The notes under the pieces are model-generated. The model was not told the origin of the DNA. It did not search any database and saw only the letters and a program-made list of their open reading frames with translations. A DNA stretch of 64,000 nt from an uncultured delta proteobacterium (GTDB taxonomy: Bacteria > Myxococcota_A > Polyangia > Polyangiales > JAFGIB01), in the NCBI GenBank assembly GCA_963778655.1, contig CAVZVA010000011.1:480001-544000 (forward strand), given 5' to 3'. Shown piece by piece: positions 30,125-42,885 of the stretch (position 1 is the first letter of the stretch; every line of letters begins with the position of its first letter). The position numbers were made by a program, and so were the translations under genes.

Positions 30125-31627
30125 CTACGCGCCCAGCGGCGAGAGCAACCCGCGAGCCGGCACGCTTCGAATCGGCTCGGCGGCGACCTCGAGCCCGGCG
30201 AGCAAGGTATTCGCCGCCAACATTCCGGAGCAGGCGGCGCGCTCCATCAGCGCGCACGGCAAGTCGAGCTTCACGAAATCGCCCGCCAGCGCGAGCCGCG
30301 GATCGGCCGTGGCCACGCCCGGACGCTCCGCGTGGCTGCCGGGTGCAAACGCCGGGCAATCCTGGCGCAGCAAGAAGCGCTGGTCCACGATGCGCGCCGC
30401 GCGCGACTCGGGGTAGAAGGCGTGCAGCGCCGCGAGCAGGTCGGCGCGCAGCAACGCCTCGGTCGCATCCTCCGGCACCGCATACGCGTGCAGCTCGACG
30501 ACCGAGCCGCCGTGCGTACGCGCCCAGGCCGCGCTCTCGTCCTGAAAGCGCTCGTACAGCGAGATGTTGTCGAGCAGCCCCACACCCGTGGTGCCGGCGA
30601 ACGGCGCGCGCTCGGGCGCGAGCGGCCGATCCAGCCACAGCCGCCACACGCCAAACGGCCGGGTCACGCCCAGACCCGCGACCTGACGCCGCAGGGTCGC
30701 ATCGCGCAGATCGGGGCTCGCGCGCAGCAGCACCTGCAGCCCCGGCACGTCGAGCGCGAGCACCAACAGATCGCCCTCGGCCACGCCGCCCGCGTGCTCC
30801 ACCACGAACCCGCCCTCGGCGCGCCGGAGAATACGCCGTCCCGGCGCTTGCGTGCGCAGCTCCACGCCCCGAGCGCTGAGCCAGGCGGCAAACGGTCGCC
30901 AGATCGCGGTGGGCAGCGGTTGCCCGACCACGTCGAACACCAAGCCCTGCGGATTCCCGGTGAAATAGAAATGGAACATCATCAGCAGCTCGGCCGCGGA
31001 CATCTCCGCCTCGGGGTTGAAAAACGAGTGCGAGAACACATCGAACAGCATGCGCCGCGCCGTTTCCGGGAAGCCGAGCGAATCCAGGTAGTCGCGCGCG
31101 CTGCGGTGGTCGTAGTGGGCGTAGGTGCGATGGGAATCGAAAGCGAGCATCGCGAGCGCCGCGCGCGCGTCGATGCGCGCGAGGTCGCGCGCCCGCAGGT
31201 ACGGCGTTCGCCAGGCGAGCTTCATCACCTGCAGCGGCGGCTGCGTGGGCAGGTCGCGGAAGCTCTGCACCAGACCGCCGGGGCCGAGGATCGGGTAGTC
31301 GGGCAGCGGCCGCAGCATGCGCAGCTCGGGATCGATGCGCCGCAGCAAGGAGCGCAGGTTGAAGTACTGGCGAAAGAAGGCGTGAAAGCCGCGCTCGAGC
31401 ACGACGCGCTCTCCCGTGACCAGCGTGTCGGAGAAGCCGCCGGCGCGACCGCCGAGCTCCGCGGCGCGTTCGAGCAGCGTGACCTGCACGCCGCGCTCGC
31501 ACAGCACCGTGGCTGCGGCCACGCCCGCGATGCCGCCGCCGACCACCACCGCCCGCGTGCCGCTGGGCGCGCGTGCGCTGCCGCCGCGGCGCGGCAGACG
31601 CCAGGTTTCGGACCGAAACCGGCTCAC
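30125..31627 (-). CDS. crtU: FAD-dependent carotenoid phi-ring synthase (isorenieratene synthase) CrtU-like
   Basis: VVGGGIAG, RGFHAFFRQYFNL, HFYFTGNP, GGSVVELHAYA, LMERAACSG; GTGA overlap with crtT. Confidence 0.8.
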   Translation of the reverse strand: MSRFRSETWRLPRRGGSARAPSGTRAVVVGGGIAGVAAATVLCERGVQVTLLERAAELGGRAGGFSDTLVTGERVVLERGFHAFFRQYFNLRSLLRRIDPELRMLRPLPDYPILGPGGLVQSFRDLPTQPPLQVMKLAWRTPYLRARDLARIDARAALAMLAFDSHRTYAHYDHRSARDYLDSLGFPETARRMLFDVFSHSFFNPEAEMSAAELLMMFHFYFTGNPQGLVFDVVGQPLPTAIWRPFAAWLSARGVELRTQAPGRRILRRAEGGFVVEHAGGVAEGDLLVLALDVPGLQVLLRASPDLRDATLRRQVAGLGVTRPFGVWRLWLDRPLAPERAPFAGTTGVGLLDNISLYERFQDESAAWARTHGGSVVELHAYAVPEDATEALLRADLLAALHAFYPESRAARIVDQRFLLRQDCPAFAPGSHAERPGVATADPRLALAGDFVKLDLPCALMERAACSGMLAANTLLAGLEVAAEPIRSVPARGLLSPLGA

Positions 31628-32358
31628 GAGGGCCGCCGCGCGAGAAAGGTGTGCACGATGCCGCGCTGCCAGCCGTCCATGGCGTGCGTCGAGAGCTCGA
31701 CGAAGCCCGCCCGCCGCAGCCGCGCCTGGAGCTCCGCCACGCTGTCGAACTCGTCGACGCTGCGGCGCAGGTAGGTGAACAGCTCGGGCGCACCGGTCAG
31801 CGCGGCACCGAGCGGCACGATCACCGCGCGGGCGACCGCGTCCCAGAGCAGGCGGCGGTAGCGCGAGCCCGAAACCGAGTACTCGTGCAGCGCCAGCCGG
31901 CCCCCGGGCGCGAGCAGCCGCAGCACGCGCGCGAGGCACAGGTCCGGGTCGTCGACGTTGCGGATGCCGTAGGCCATCAGGATCGCGTCGAAGGGCCCGG
32001 ACACGCCCGCGCGCTCGGGGTCCATGGCGTCGCCCTGCACGAAGCGCACGCCGCGCAGCTCGGGCTTGCGGCGCGCTTGGGCCAGCATCCCGGCCGACGC
32101 GTCGAGCCCGATCAGCTGGGCGCCCGGGTAGATCTGCGCCAGCGCCTGGGTCGAAAGGCCGGTGCCGCAGCACAGATCGAGGATGCGGCCGCTCCCCGGT
32201 GCGCTCAGCCGGCGCGCGCTCCAGCGCAGGTGCTTGCGGTAGCCGGGGTTCAAGCGCTGCAGCAGGTCGTAGCGCCGCGCGACCACGTCGAAGCGCTCGG
32301 GCACTGCGTGCTTGGGCAGCGCCGTGACGGCGGGCATCGCACGTGGGTTGCTGGGCAT
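31624..32358 (-). CDS. crtT: class I SAM methyltransferase, CrtT-like
   Basis: LNPGYRKHL, LDLCCGTGLST, GWQRGIVHTFLA. Confidence 0.75.
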   Translation of the reverse strand: MPSNPRAMPAVTALPKHAVPERFDVVARRYDLLQRLNPGYRKHLRWSARRLSAPGSGRILDLCCGTGLSTQALAQIYPGAQLIGLDASAGMLAQARRKPELRGVRFVQGDAMDPERAGVSGPFDAILMAYGIRNVDDPDLCLARVLRLLAPGGRLALHEYSVSGSRYRRLLWDAVARAVIVPLGAALTGAPELFTYLRRSVDEFDSVAELQARLRRAGFVELSTHAMDGWQRGIVHTFLARRPS

Positions 32359-32390
32359 GAGCTGGCTCCTGAGTTCAGATGTGCCTTCGA

Positions 32391-32858
32391 TCAGTCGCGC
32401 ATCCGGATCCGAATCTTCAACCTCTGGCCGGGCCGCAGCGTGAGCCGCGCGTCCTCGAAGCTCGGCGGGCCGAACGTACCCTTGGCATCGCGCGAGGCGC
32501 CGTAGCCTTCGGTCGGGATGCCGAGAAAGCCGGTGTTCATCTCGAAGTCCATGTTCTCGTCGTGCAGCACGGCGACCGCGATCGGCCCGGCCGGCAGCCG
32601 ATCGAACACCGCCGTGACCTGGCGCGCGCGGATCGCGAACGCTTGCTTGCGAAACGCGTGGCGGCTGTCGTCCGGAAAGCCGCGCGCGCCGCGAAACAGC
32701 GCCACCAGTGCCTGACCGCGGTCGTTGCGAAAGCCCGTGATCGCGAGCTCGAGCCGGGCGCTCGCGACTCGGGCCGCGGCCTGGGTGCCCGACGCGCTCG
32801 CGGGCCCGACACCCGCGATCAACGCCGCGGCTGCGGCCCAGGTTGCCAACGTGCTCAT
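32391..32858 (-). CDS. DUF2141 family secreted protein
   Basis: signal peptide; AVAVLHDEN...LGIPTEGYGAS...FGPPSFEDA; ATGA overlap with crtB. Confidence 0.85.
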   Translation of the reverse strand: MSTLATWAAAAALIAGVGPASASGTQAAARVASARLELAITGFRNDRGQALVALFRGARGFPDDSRHAFRKQAFAIRARQVTAVFDRLPAGPIAVAVLHDENMDFEMNTGFLGIPTEGYGASRDAKGTFGPPSFEDARLTLRPGQRLKIRIRMRD

Positions 32859-33831
32859 GGCCGTGCTCCTTCCAGCTTGAAAGCCTCGTGCTCGCTGCCC
32901 TGCGGGAGCTCGGGCCGTGGCGGCGTCAGGCGCCGCGCCGCGAGCGGCAGCCGCCACAGCGTCTCGAGCCCGGCGCGCAGCAGCAGCACGAGCTTCGCGC
33001 GCCGCGACACGACCACGCGCCCCGCGCGCGGATCGCAGCCGCGTCTGCGCAGGACGTGGCCGATGCGCGAATAGATCAGGCGCGCCGCGCGCACGGCCAG
33101 CGCGCAGCGCGGCGACAGGTAGCCGAGCCCGGCGTCGCCCGAGAGGTAGTAGCCGTCCGCCAGCGCGAGCAGGCGCTCGACGGCGCGGGCGTAGCGGGCG
33201 TCCGCGGCCGCCTCGAACGGCCGTCCGCCCGCCGCGAGCCCGGCTTCGGCGCATTCGGCCCGCAGCAGCTCCGCCGGCAAGTACAGCCGCCCGCGTTCCC
33301 AATCCTCGCGCACGTCGCGGCAAATGTTGGTGAGCTGCATGGCGATGCCGAGATGCGCAGCGTGCCGCAGCGCGCGCCGGTCACGCACCCCCATCACGTG
33401 GCACATCATCAACCCCACCGTGCCGGCGACGCAGTAACAATAGCGCAGCAGCTCGGCCGTGCTCGCATAGCGCAGGCCGTCGACGTCCATGGCGACATCC
33501 AGCGCCATACCCTCGAGCAGCGCCTGGAAATAGGCGCGCGGGATGCCGCGCGCGCGCACCACGCGCTGAACCGCACGCGACAGCGGATCGCTCGGCTCGG
33601 AGCCTGCGTAGATCGCGTCGAGCTCCAGGCGCAGCACGGCCAGCCGCGCGCGCTGCTCGCCGCGTGGCGCGAGATCGATCGCGTCATCGGCCCGGCGGCA
33701 GTACGCGTACAACACCGTCGCCTCGTCGCGCGCCGCCGGCGGAAGCAGCGCCGACGCCAGCGCGAAGCTGCGCGAGTGCCGCGAGATGCTCTCGCGGGCC
33801 AGGCCGCGTGCCGCCTGCTCGACCGGCGTGC

Positions 33832-33835
<4 letters not shown>
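32855..33835 (-). CDS. crtB: phytoene synthase
   Basis: SRSFALAS, YAYCRRADDAID, YCYCVAGTVG, QLTNICRDVRED, GRLYLP. Confidence 0.95.
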
Positions 33836-35332
<1,497 letters not shown>

Positions 35333-35346
<14 letters not shown>

Positions 35347-36382
35347 AGCTCTGCTCCAAGCGCAGGAGCTGCCTGCGCAGCGGCTCCACCCAGGCGTCGT
35401 TGCCGGTCGCTGCGCGCAGCGCGTCGAGCGCGCCTTCGAGCTGACGCCGCACGCGACGCCGACCGGTCACGCCCACCCGAAAACGCATCTCTTCCAGCAG
35501 TGAATCGGACGCGCCGCCGGCCATCACCTCGCGCAGCGCATCGATCCGAGGCTCGTAGCTCGCCGGATCGAGGTCCTGCGCCATCCACGCCCACGGCCAG
35601 GTGGCCTTGCCGTGTGCCAGGTCTTCCTCGGCCTTGGCGCGCAGCGCGGGATTCACCACGCCGCTCAGGTCGTCGAGCATCTGCAGGCCAACCCCGACCT
35701 CGCGCCCGAACACCGCCAGCGCCTCGCAGATCGCGGGCTCTGCCTGCGCGGCGATCGCACCGAGCGCCGTGGCCAGCCCGAGCAGGCCCCCGCTCTTGCA
35801 GCCGGCGATGGCGCGCGCGACCGGCTCGACCTCGTCCTGAGCCAGCTCCGGCACGCGCAGGGCCAAATCGAGCGCCTGCCCTTCGTGGCAACGCAGCAGC
35901 GACACGCTCATCTGCTCGTAGGCGCGCAGCCGCACCGCATCGGGCAAGCGCATGCGAGCGAGCAGCGCGGCGGGCCAGAAGTACAGCCAGTTGCCGGCGT
36001 TGAGCGCGAGCGGCGTCCCGTAGAGCCGGTGCAGCGCGGGCGCACCGCGCCGCAGCTCGGACCCGTCCTCGATATCGTCGATGATGAGCGAGCCGGCGTG
36101 CAGGCTCTCGATCAGGAGCGGCAGCTCGGGTGGAACGGCGCCCGGCGCGCCGCCCGCGAGCTCCCAGCACAACGCCACCAGCCGCGCGCGAAATTGCTTG
36201 CCCGGTCGCGACAAGAGCTCGCGCAGCGGCCCGCGCAGGGCGCGCTCCCAGAGCCCGTCGGGCAGCGTGGGTCCGACCGTGGCGCGCGCCGCGCCGGCTG
36301 CGGGCGCGTCGCCGAAAGACGTCTGCTCGAGCAGCGCGACCAGCGCCGTGCCGCTCCGGCTCGTGGCCTGCGCGCGGTTCAT
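35333..36382 (-). CDS. crtE: geranylgeranyl diphosphate synthase (polyprenyl synthetase)
   Basis: GKQFR, LHAGSLIIDDIED...RRG, GQALDL, QMLDD. Confidence 0.88.
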
Positions 36383-37556
36383 GTCGCCCTCTGCAAGGTG
36401 GCGGCCGCGAGCGCGGCGCGAAGAGAGATTCCCCTGGGCGGGCGGCCCAGGACGATCCGGGCGCGATCGACGCGCGTCGTGGCGAGCGCGTAGAAGCGCT
36501 CGATCAGGGGCTCGGGCAGCCGATAGAAGCGCGAAAAGACGTGCCAGCGCTGCTGGGGCGCAAAGCAGTTGAACAGCAGCCAATTGAGACGCTGCGCGAA
36601 GCGGGCCTGCTCGCGGTGCACCTGGAACAAACGGCTCAGCTCCGCATCGAAGACCTCCCCCCGACGCGCGCGGCCACGTGGCAGGCGAGCCTGAGCGCGG
36701 CCGGAAAGGAGTAGCCCGTGGCCGGATGAAACCAGCCTCCGCGGTAGCCCCCGAGCAACGGTGATGCGCTCGGCGCGCTGAGCTCGCCGCGCCAGGGCAT
36801 CGGCAGAACGCCGAGCTCTTCGCGCACGATCTCCGCGATCCGCCCCAGACGCGAAGCGTAGGCGAGCACCTCTCGGACGAGCGTCGCCCGATCGAGCTCG
36901 GGGCTGAGCGAGAAGCGCGTGTCCTCGACCAACACCCGGCGCGGGCCCAGCGGCAACAGGTAGAAGAAGCGAAAGCCCTCGTGTTGGGGCACGCGGGCAT
37001 CCATGACCACGGGCTGCGCGAGGCGGTGCGGCTGCTGCAGCTCGAGCTCGAGGCCGAGGAACTTCTGGTAGCCGGCATGCCCGCCGAATGCCGCGACCTC
37101 GGGCCCTCGAGCATCCACCACCAGCGAGCCGCGCAGCACGCTGCCGTCGTCGAGCACGACCTCGTGCCCGCCCACCTGCTGCGCCCGCCTGCCGAGCAGC
37201 ACGCGCGATCCAGGCCGTTGCGCGAGCGCGGCCAGCACGTGCGCCGCCACGCGCTCGGAGCTCACTGTGGCATAGGCGCCTTGCAGCGCGCGCGTGTAGC
37301 CCGGGAAGCGCACTTCATGTCCGGGCCAGCGCTGCACGATCAGCGGCTCCACGAACGCGCGCGCCGCCTCGGGGATGCTGCCGGCGTGCAGGCTCCAGGT
37401 ATGGTTGCCGCCCGGGCGCGCGGCCTGCTCGACCAGCGCCACCCGCGGCTTGTGCGACGCCGCACAGGTCGCGAGCGCGATCAACGCGTTCTGTAACCCG
37501 CCCCCCACCAACACCAAGTCGAAGACACGTTCGCGGGCTGCCGGGGTCGAGGTCAT
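36379..37556 (-). pseudogene. crtY: lycopene beta-cyclase CrtY, frameshifted as given
   Basis: N-part VGGGL, GGNHTWS, YQKFLG, VVMDA, FHPATGYS ends at 36636; C-part RFYRLPEPLIERFYA in another frame; junction at G6 run 36657-36662. Confidence 0.88.
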
Positions 37557-38156
37557 AGCGGGTAGCTCGTTGGATCTAGTGCGCCGCCTGGCACGGCGTT
37601 ACGCGCAGGAGCTGACATTGGCGCCGGCCGGCCGCTGTCAAGGGCGCCTCGAACGGCCGGGACGATCTCTGCGCGCACGCTGGGTTGCGGCAACGCACCT
37701 CCCTTTCGTCATATCCAATGGGTGGTGCGCACAATCACGATCACCGTCGTCGTGCTCACCGCCACGGGTGCACGTCCCGGCAAGGCGCGCAATCCGGGTC
37801 TGGTTCTCGCTCTGAATCACCGCGCGACCCCGCGCCGCCCGGCGCGGTCGCGCCGGGCGGCGCCTCGCCCCCGGGCAGCCCCCCGTGGCACCCGATCCCG
37901 CGCAGCTGTCGCCGGGTGCGCTCAGCGCCACGCCGGAGCAGCTGGCCGAGCAGCAGCGTGTGCGGGAACAGGTCGCTCGCAACCGCGGCCAGGCTCTCCT
38001 CGCCAGCATGAAGCAGGCGCTTGAAGCCATCTCCGGAATGGCCGAGTAGCCTCCATCAGGACATGGCTCCTCGCAGGCGCCTTCCTGGGGTTCTCTGGTG
38101 CCAGGGCGGCTGTGTATTTCTGGACGGAAGCCAAGCAGCCGGTGGCTCGCCGCCGC

Positions 38157-40880
38157 TCACTTCTGCGCGGCGAAGAAGGCCTGCACGCCGGCGCGCTGGG
38201 TTTGCACCTCCGCGGCACACAGCCGCAGCTCCTCGGTGGCGCCTGCCAAGCTGCGCGGTCCGCCGGTGAGCGAGGCGATACGCGGCGCGAAGAAGCGCTC
38301 CAGCTCGTCGGCCGCCTCCGCGCTGCAGAAAGGCCAGGCCAGCCACGGCAGCCAGCCGGCGTCCTGCTTCGACACGCGCTCGACCAGCGCGTCGAAGTGC
38401 TGCTCGAAGTAACGCCAGGCCGCCTCCCGGGTGCGTGCATCCGCGAGCTGGCCGCGCAGCGGCGAGAACACCTCGTTCACGCGCAGCGCCGGATCGAGCG
38501 AGAGCGCCAGCGCGCGCCCGCTGCGCGCGTCGGTCACCGAGGACAGCGCGGTGAGCAGGATGCCGCGCTCGCTCAGGTCCTGAGTCTCGCGCGTGCGCCG
38601 CCATGCCGCATCGAACAGCGCCTGATCGCCGTCCTGCAGCGCCACTTGCGCGGCCGCGCCGCGCAGGTCCGCGGGCAAGCGGTCCGCGCCCGCGCCCCTG
38701 GCCTCTCCCTCGCCCGCCGCGATCCACGCCCGGCCCAGCGCGGCGAGCTTCGCCCGCACCGCGGGATCGCGCACCATGTCGCCCAGAAACCCGATCACCT
38801 GGGCGCGCAGCAGCCTGGTCTCGCCGTCCTCGCCCGCGCGCTCCTGCCAGCCGAGCTGGCGCAGCCCCGGCGCGTACAGCGCGCGAGCGAAGCGCGCGAG
38901 CCAGGGCTGCTGCGCGGGCTCGAGCAGGTAGTCGCGCGCGAAGCGCAGCAGCCCCATCGGCGCCGTAGCCACGCTGCGGTCGGCGTCCGCGGCGAGCTGC
39001 GGCATGGTCGCGAGCACGCTCTGCGCCGAGAGCGCGCCGCTCTCGAAGCCGGCCTGCAGGCTGTCCGCGAGGGCCAGCTTCTCGCGCACCGAGAGCTTGG
39101 CGAAGCCAGCCTTCTGCAGCTTGGCGAGGTCCGCATCGGCGAGCGCGAAGCGGTAGTAGCCGGCACCGCCGGCGTTCGGCATCACCCAGTCCGGACAGCC
39201 GCCCTCCAGCGAAAGCTCGCCCTCGGCCTGCTGCAGCAAGGTGCAGCTCTCGTGCGCCTGGCCGTGGACCTCGTAGCGCGCGCACAGCGGCACCTGCCAC
39301 AGTTGCTCGCGCTTGCCCCGGGAGCCCGCGGGCAAATAGCGCGACTGGCGCACGTGCAGCGCCGCGCCACGCGCGTCGCAACGCACCTCGGCCGTGAGCA
39401 GCGGCACGCCCACCTGGTCGAGAAAGCTGCCCATCGGAGCGGCCACGTCCTTACCCGCCTGCTGCCCGAGCGCGGCCAGCAGATCGGCCGCGTTCGCGTT
39501 GCCGTCGGCGTGCGCGCGCAGGTAGGCCTGCACGCCCTTGCGAAAGGTCTCGGCGCCGAGGTAGCGCTCGAACATCGCGATCACGCCCGCGCCCTTCTGG
39601 TAGGTGATGCCGTCGAAGGCGTTGACGATATCGTGGGTGCTCTCGATCGGCTGGCGGATCTTGCGCGCGCTCACGCGGCTGTCTTCGTCCATCACGCGCA
39701 GCACGGCGCTCAGCAAATCGCTGTCGGCGTGGTAGTCGGGATCGACCGCGGCCACCACCTTGGTCGCCATGAAGGTGGCGAACGCCTCGTTCAGCCAGAT
39801 ATCGTCCCACCACGGCATGGTCACCAGATCGCCGGTCCAGTGGTGAGCCATCTCGTGGGCCACGACGTTGGCGTAGCGGCGGACCTGGCCCTCGCTCGCG
39901 CTGTCCTCGCTGAAGCTCAAGATCGAGTCGCGAAAGGTGATCGCGCCGGCGTTCTCCATCGCGCCGGCCGCGAAATCGGGCACCGCGATCAGGTCGAGCT
40001 TGGGGTAGGGGTAGGCGATGCCGAAATAGTGCTCGAGCTCGATCAGCAGGGGCCCTGCGTGCGCCAGCGCGTACCCGAGCTGCTTGCCCCTGCCGGCGAT
40101 CGCCACCCCGCGCAGGGGCAGCGGCTGGGCGCGCTCGGGGCTCGGCGGGATCGGCGCGGCCGTGACCACGTCGAGCGGACCGACGATCAACGCGATCAGA
40201 TAGGTGGGCAGCGGCCGCGTTATGGCGAAGCGCACGCGCTTCTCGCCTTGCGCCACCGGCTCGCTCGAGACCTCGGGCGCATTGCTGACCGCCACGTCGG
40301 TCGCGGACACGGTGAGGGTCACGTCGAACGGCGTCTTGAACGCCGGCTCGTCGAAACATGGAAAGGCCTGCCGTGCGCTGACCGGCTCGAACTGCGTGAA
40401 GGCGTAGTCCTTGCCCTGCGCGCGCACCTTGTACAGCCCCGAAAGCTGGCGGTCGAAGGGGGCGTCGTAGCTGAAGTCGAGCACCGCCGGGCCCGCAGGC
40501 AGGCTGTGCTCGAGCTCGAGCCGCGCCACGCCCTCGTCGTCGACCTGCTGCAGGCGCCCGGCCACCACGGTACCCGCGGCCTCGGCCTGCGCGCGGCTCA
40601 CGTGCAGGCCCTTGGCGTGCAACCACACCCGCGCGGTCGGCTGTGCCAGCTCGACCTCGATGCGCACATGCCCCGAGAAGCGCTCGCGGCTCGGCACGAT
40701 CTCGAGCGCCAGGTGATAGGCGAGCGGGCGCACTTCGCGCGGCAGCTTGCCGGTCGGCACGGCCCGCGAGGCGACCGCGGGCGCGGGCGCGCCCGGACGC
40801 GGCGGGCGCGGCGCGGATGCGCAGCCGCACAGCAGCGCGAGCAGCCAAACCCTCGCCGCTCGTGATCGTGGTCCGTTCAT
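38157..40880 (-). CDS. M1-family aminopeptidase (lipoprotein, ERAP1-like C-terminus)
   Basis: ARQAFPCFDEP, GAMEN, HEMAH-x18-E (WLNEAFA), ITYQKG. Confidence 0.95.
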   Translation of the reverse strand: MNGPRSRAARVWLLALLCGCASAPRPPRPGAPAPAVASRAVPTGKLPREVRPLAYHLALEIVPSRERFSGHVRIEVELAQPTARVWLHAKGLHVSRAQAEAAGTVVAGRLQQVDDEGVARLELEHSLPAGPAVLDFSYDAPFDRQLSGLYKVRAQGKDYAFTQFEPVSARQAFPCFDEPAFKTPFDVTLTVSATDVAVSNAPEVSSEPVAQGEKRVRFAITRPLPTYLIALIVGPLDVVTAAPIPPSPERAQPLPLRGVAIAGRGKQLGYALAHAGPLLIELEHYFGIAYPYPKLDLIAVPDFAAGAMENAGAITFRDSILSFSEDSASEGQVRRYANVVAHEMAHHWTGDLVTMPWWDDIWLNEAFATFMATKVVAAVDPDYHADSDLLSAVLRVMDEDSRVSARKIRQPIESTHDIVNAFDGITYQKGAGVIAMFERYLGAETFRKGVQAYLRAHADGNANAADLLAALGQQAGKDVAAPMGSFLDQVGVPLLTAEVRCDARGAALHVRQSRYLPAGSRGKREQLWQVPLCARYEVHGQAHESCTLLQQAEGELSLEGGCPDWVMPNAGGAGYYRFALADADLAKLQKAGFAKLSVREKLALADSLQAGFESGALSAQSVLATMPQLAADADRSVATAPMGLLRFARDYLLEPAQQPWLARFARALYAPGLRQLGWQERAGEDGETRLLRAQVIGFLGDMVRDPAVRAKLAALGRAWIAAGEGEARGAGADRLPADLRGAAAQVALQDGDQALFDAAWRRTRETQDLSERGILLTALSSVTDARSGRALALSLDPALRVNEVFSPLRGQLADARTREAAWRYFEQHFDALVERVSKQDAGWLPWLAWPFCSAEAADELERFFAPRIASLTGGPRSLAGATEELRLCAAEVQTQRAGVQAFFAAQK

Positions 40881-41004
40881 CGGCTGCACTCGATGCTCCT
40901 CGCGAAACGCCGCGCCGCGCGCGGCAGGCAAGCATGCCAGCCCGCGCCCGCCGGCGCGAGCAGCCCCGTTCGCAGGCGCGCGTCCCGATCAGAAGGGCTG
41001 GGCA

Positions 41005-42123
41005 TTACAACCGGATCGCCAGCTCCGTGCCGAGATCGAGCGAGAACAGCGAGCCCTCGGGGGTGAGCCAGAAAGCCGGGGCCAGCAGATCGAGCACCAG
41101 CTCCAGCCGCGAGCCGAGCCCGACCGCCAGCCCCGAGCTCAGGCGCAAGAAGCCGCCGTTGCGCGCCAGGTAGCCGAGGTCGAAGCGCAGCGGGATCTGC
41201 AGCGCGCCGCCCGCAAGCGCGATGCGCTGCTCGAGCTGCGCGTACCCGAGCACGCTGTGCACGCGGCCGTGACGCGCCGCGAGGTCGGCGTAACCGAGGT
41301 GCGCACCGAGCCAGGTGGCCTCGCCCAGCCCGTAGTCGACGCGCGCGCCCACCACGTCGTTGAAGAACGCGGGCCGCCCGGTGCCGAACGCGGCGTCGTT
41401 ATGCAGCGCGAGCCGAAAGCGCGGCGGCGCGCGCGGCGCAGGCGCGGAGCGCGCGAAGAAGCGCTGCGTCGCGCCGGGGGCGCTGCGCGCGGCGGGCGCG
41501 GCGGGCCCGGGCGCGACAGGCGCGGTGCCGGGCTCGGGCTCGCCGGCTTGCAGGCCGGAAGCCGCAGACTGCGCTGGCGCTGGTGCCGGGGCTGGTGTCG
41601 GTGCCACCGCAGCCGCTGGCACGAGCGCCTGCACCAGCAGCGCGGCCGCGCGGCTCTCCAGCCCGGCGTTGTCGGCGTCGCCCTGCGCATAGGCCGGCCC
41701 GCCGTCACGACTGGCCACCCGCACCTGCACCACGTAGCGCCCCGCGCTGGCCCAGGCGACCGCGAACACCGCGTGCGCCGCTTGCAGCCGATACGCGCAA
41801 CGCCACAGGTCCGGCATGCCGGGCGGGTACGCGGCACCCATCTGCTGCAGCGCGCGGCGCCCCTCGCCCGGCGCCAGCACGCGGTAGCCGAGCGCCTGCG
41901 CCGAGCGCCGCAGCGCCCGGTCGACGAAGCGGCCGACCACGGGGTCGACGCCCACGCCCTGGGTCTCGACCAGCACCAGCGCCGGCGCTTCGGCCTGCGG
42001 CGTGGGCCCTGGCGCCGCCTGCGCCCTCGCGCCGGGCACGCGCAGGGCGCATGCGGCGAGCACGAGCCCGAACAGCATCGGCGAGATTGTTGCGGGCGCG
42101 AGCGAGCGGGCGGCGCGGCGCAC
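41005..42123 (-). CDS. hypothetical exported protein, C-terminal beta-strand-rich domain
   Basis: signal-like N-terminus, Pro/Ala linker, alternating amphipathic strands; start uncertain. Confidence 0.6.
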   Translation of the reverse strand: MRRAARSLAPATISPMLFGLVLAACALRVPGARAQAAPGPTPQAEAPALVLVETQGVGVDPVVGRFVDRALRRSAQALGYRVLAPGEGRRALQQMGAAYPPGMPDLWRCAYRLQAAHAVFAVAWASAGRYVVQVRVASRDGGPAYAQGDADNAGLESRAAALLVQALVPAAAVAPTPAPAPAPAQSAASGLQAGEPEPGTAPVAPGPAAPAARSAPGATQRFFARSAPAPRAPPRFRLALHNDAAFGTGRPAFFNDVVGARVDYGLGEATWLGAHLGYADLAARHGRVHSVLGYAQLEQRIALAGGALQIPLRFDLGYLARNGGFLRLSSGLAVGLGSRLELVLDLLAPAFWLTPEGSLFSLDLGTELAIRL

Positions 42124-42172
42124 GCGCGCAGCATAGTGCGCCCGGCGCGCCCCGCTCAACGCCTGCGCGAGC

Positions 42173-42655
42173 CTACTGCGCCGCGGCGGCCGCGGCGGGC
42201 TGAGGCGTGGGCCCGGCGGCGAACGTGCGCACGTAGCGCACGAGCACCTCGATTCCCTCCGGCCTCACGCGCTTGCCGAATGGCGGCATCATGTTCTTGC
42301 CGTCGCGGATCACCTGCGCCAGCTGCGTGTCGGTCCGGCTCTGCTGCCAGGCGACCTGGGTGAAGTCGGGCAGCTGGGCGCCCGGCGGCCGCTCCTCGCC
42401 GTCGCCGCGGCCCTCGCGACCGTGACAGCCGGCGCAGGTCACGGCCCACAGCGCGCGCGCGGCGCGCATGCTGGAGTCGCCCGCGTTCGCCTGCTCCTGC
42501 GAGTCATCGACTTCAGCCGGCGCACGATCCGACGGCGCCATCTGCGGTTGACCGTGGTCGGCCGGCGTCCACTCCCGCGTGGGCGCAGGATGTCCACACG
42601 CAGAAAGCAGCCACCCGAGCGCCAGGCTTGCGGGGAGGGTTTGGCGAAGGCTCAT
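42173..42655 (-). CDS. mono-heme cytochrome c lipoprotein
   Basis: lipobox LSAC, CAGCH, MPPF axial Met. Confidence 0.88.
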   Translation of the reverse strand: MSLRQTLPASLALGWLLSACGHPAPTREWTPADHGQPQMAPSDRAPAEVDDSQEQANAGDSSMRAARALWAVTCAGCHGREGRGDGEERPPGAQLPDFTQVAWQQSRTDTQLAQVIRDGKNMMPPFGKRVRPEGIEVLVRYVRTFAAGPTPQPAAAAAAQ

Positions 42656-42885
42656 CACGGAAAGCGACGCAGCCGCGGCATAGACGCGCGACCGCGCTTT
42701 GACAAGTCCTGTGGAGCACGGGCTATTCCCGCGCCCGGCCCGCTCCGGCCGCCGCGGGGCGGGTGATTCTCCGCATATTTTCCACACATTCCTCTTTTAT
42801 CGATTGCTTTCAGGGGGCGTTCCTGCATGCTGGCTGAACGGCCGTGCTCTGGTGCGACCGCTCGGAACGAGGTGGGGGTGCGAAC

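Noticed and set aside
37613..37641. TGACA-N18-TGTCA dyad / TTGACA upstream of crtY as operator or promoter
   Set aside because: Only 5-bp arms, no convincing -10 element and no 11-bp periodicity; too weak to call
37756..38064. Minus-strand frame ATG TCC TGA TGG... with in-frame TGA at codon 3 (selenoprotein/readthrough?)
   Set aside because: No recognisable protein family, RBS spacing too short, no SECIS I can support
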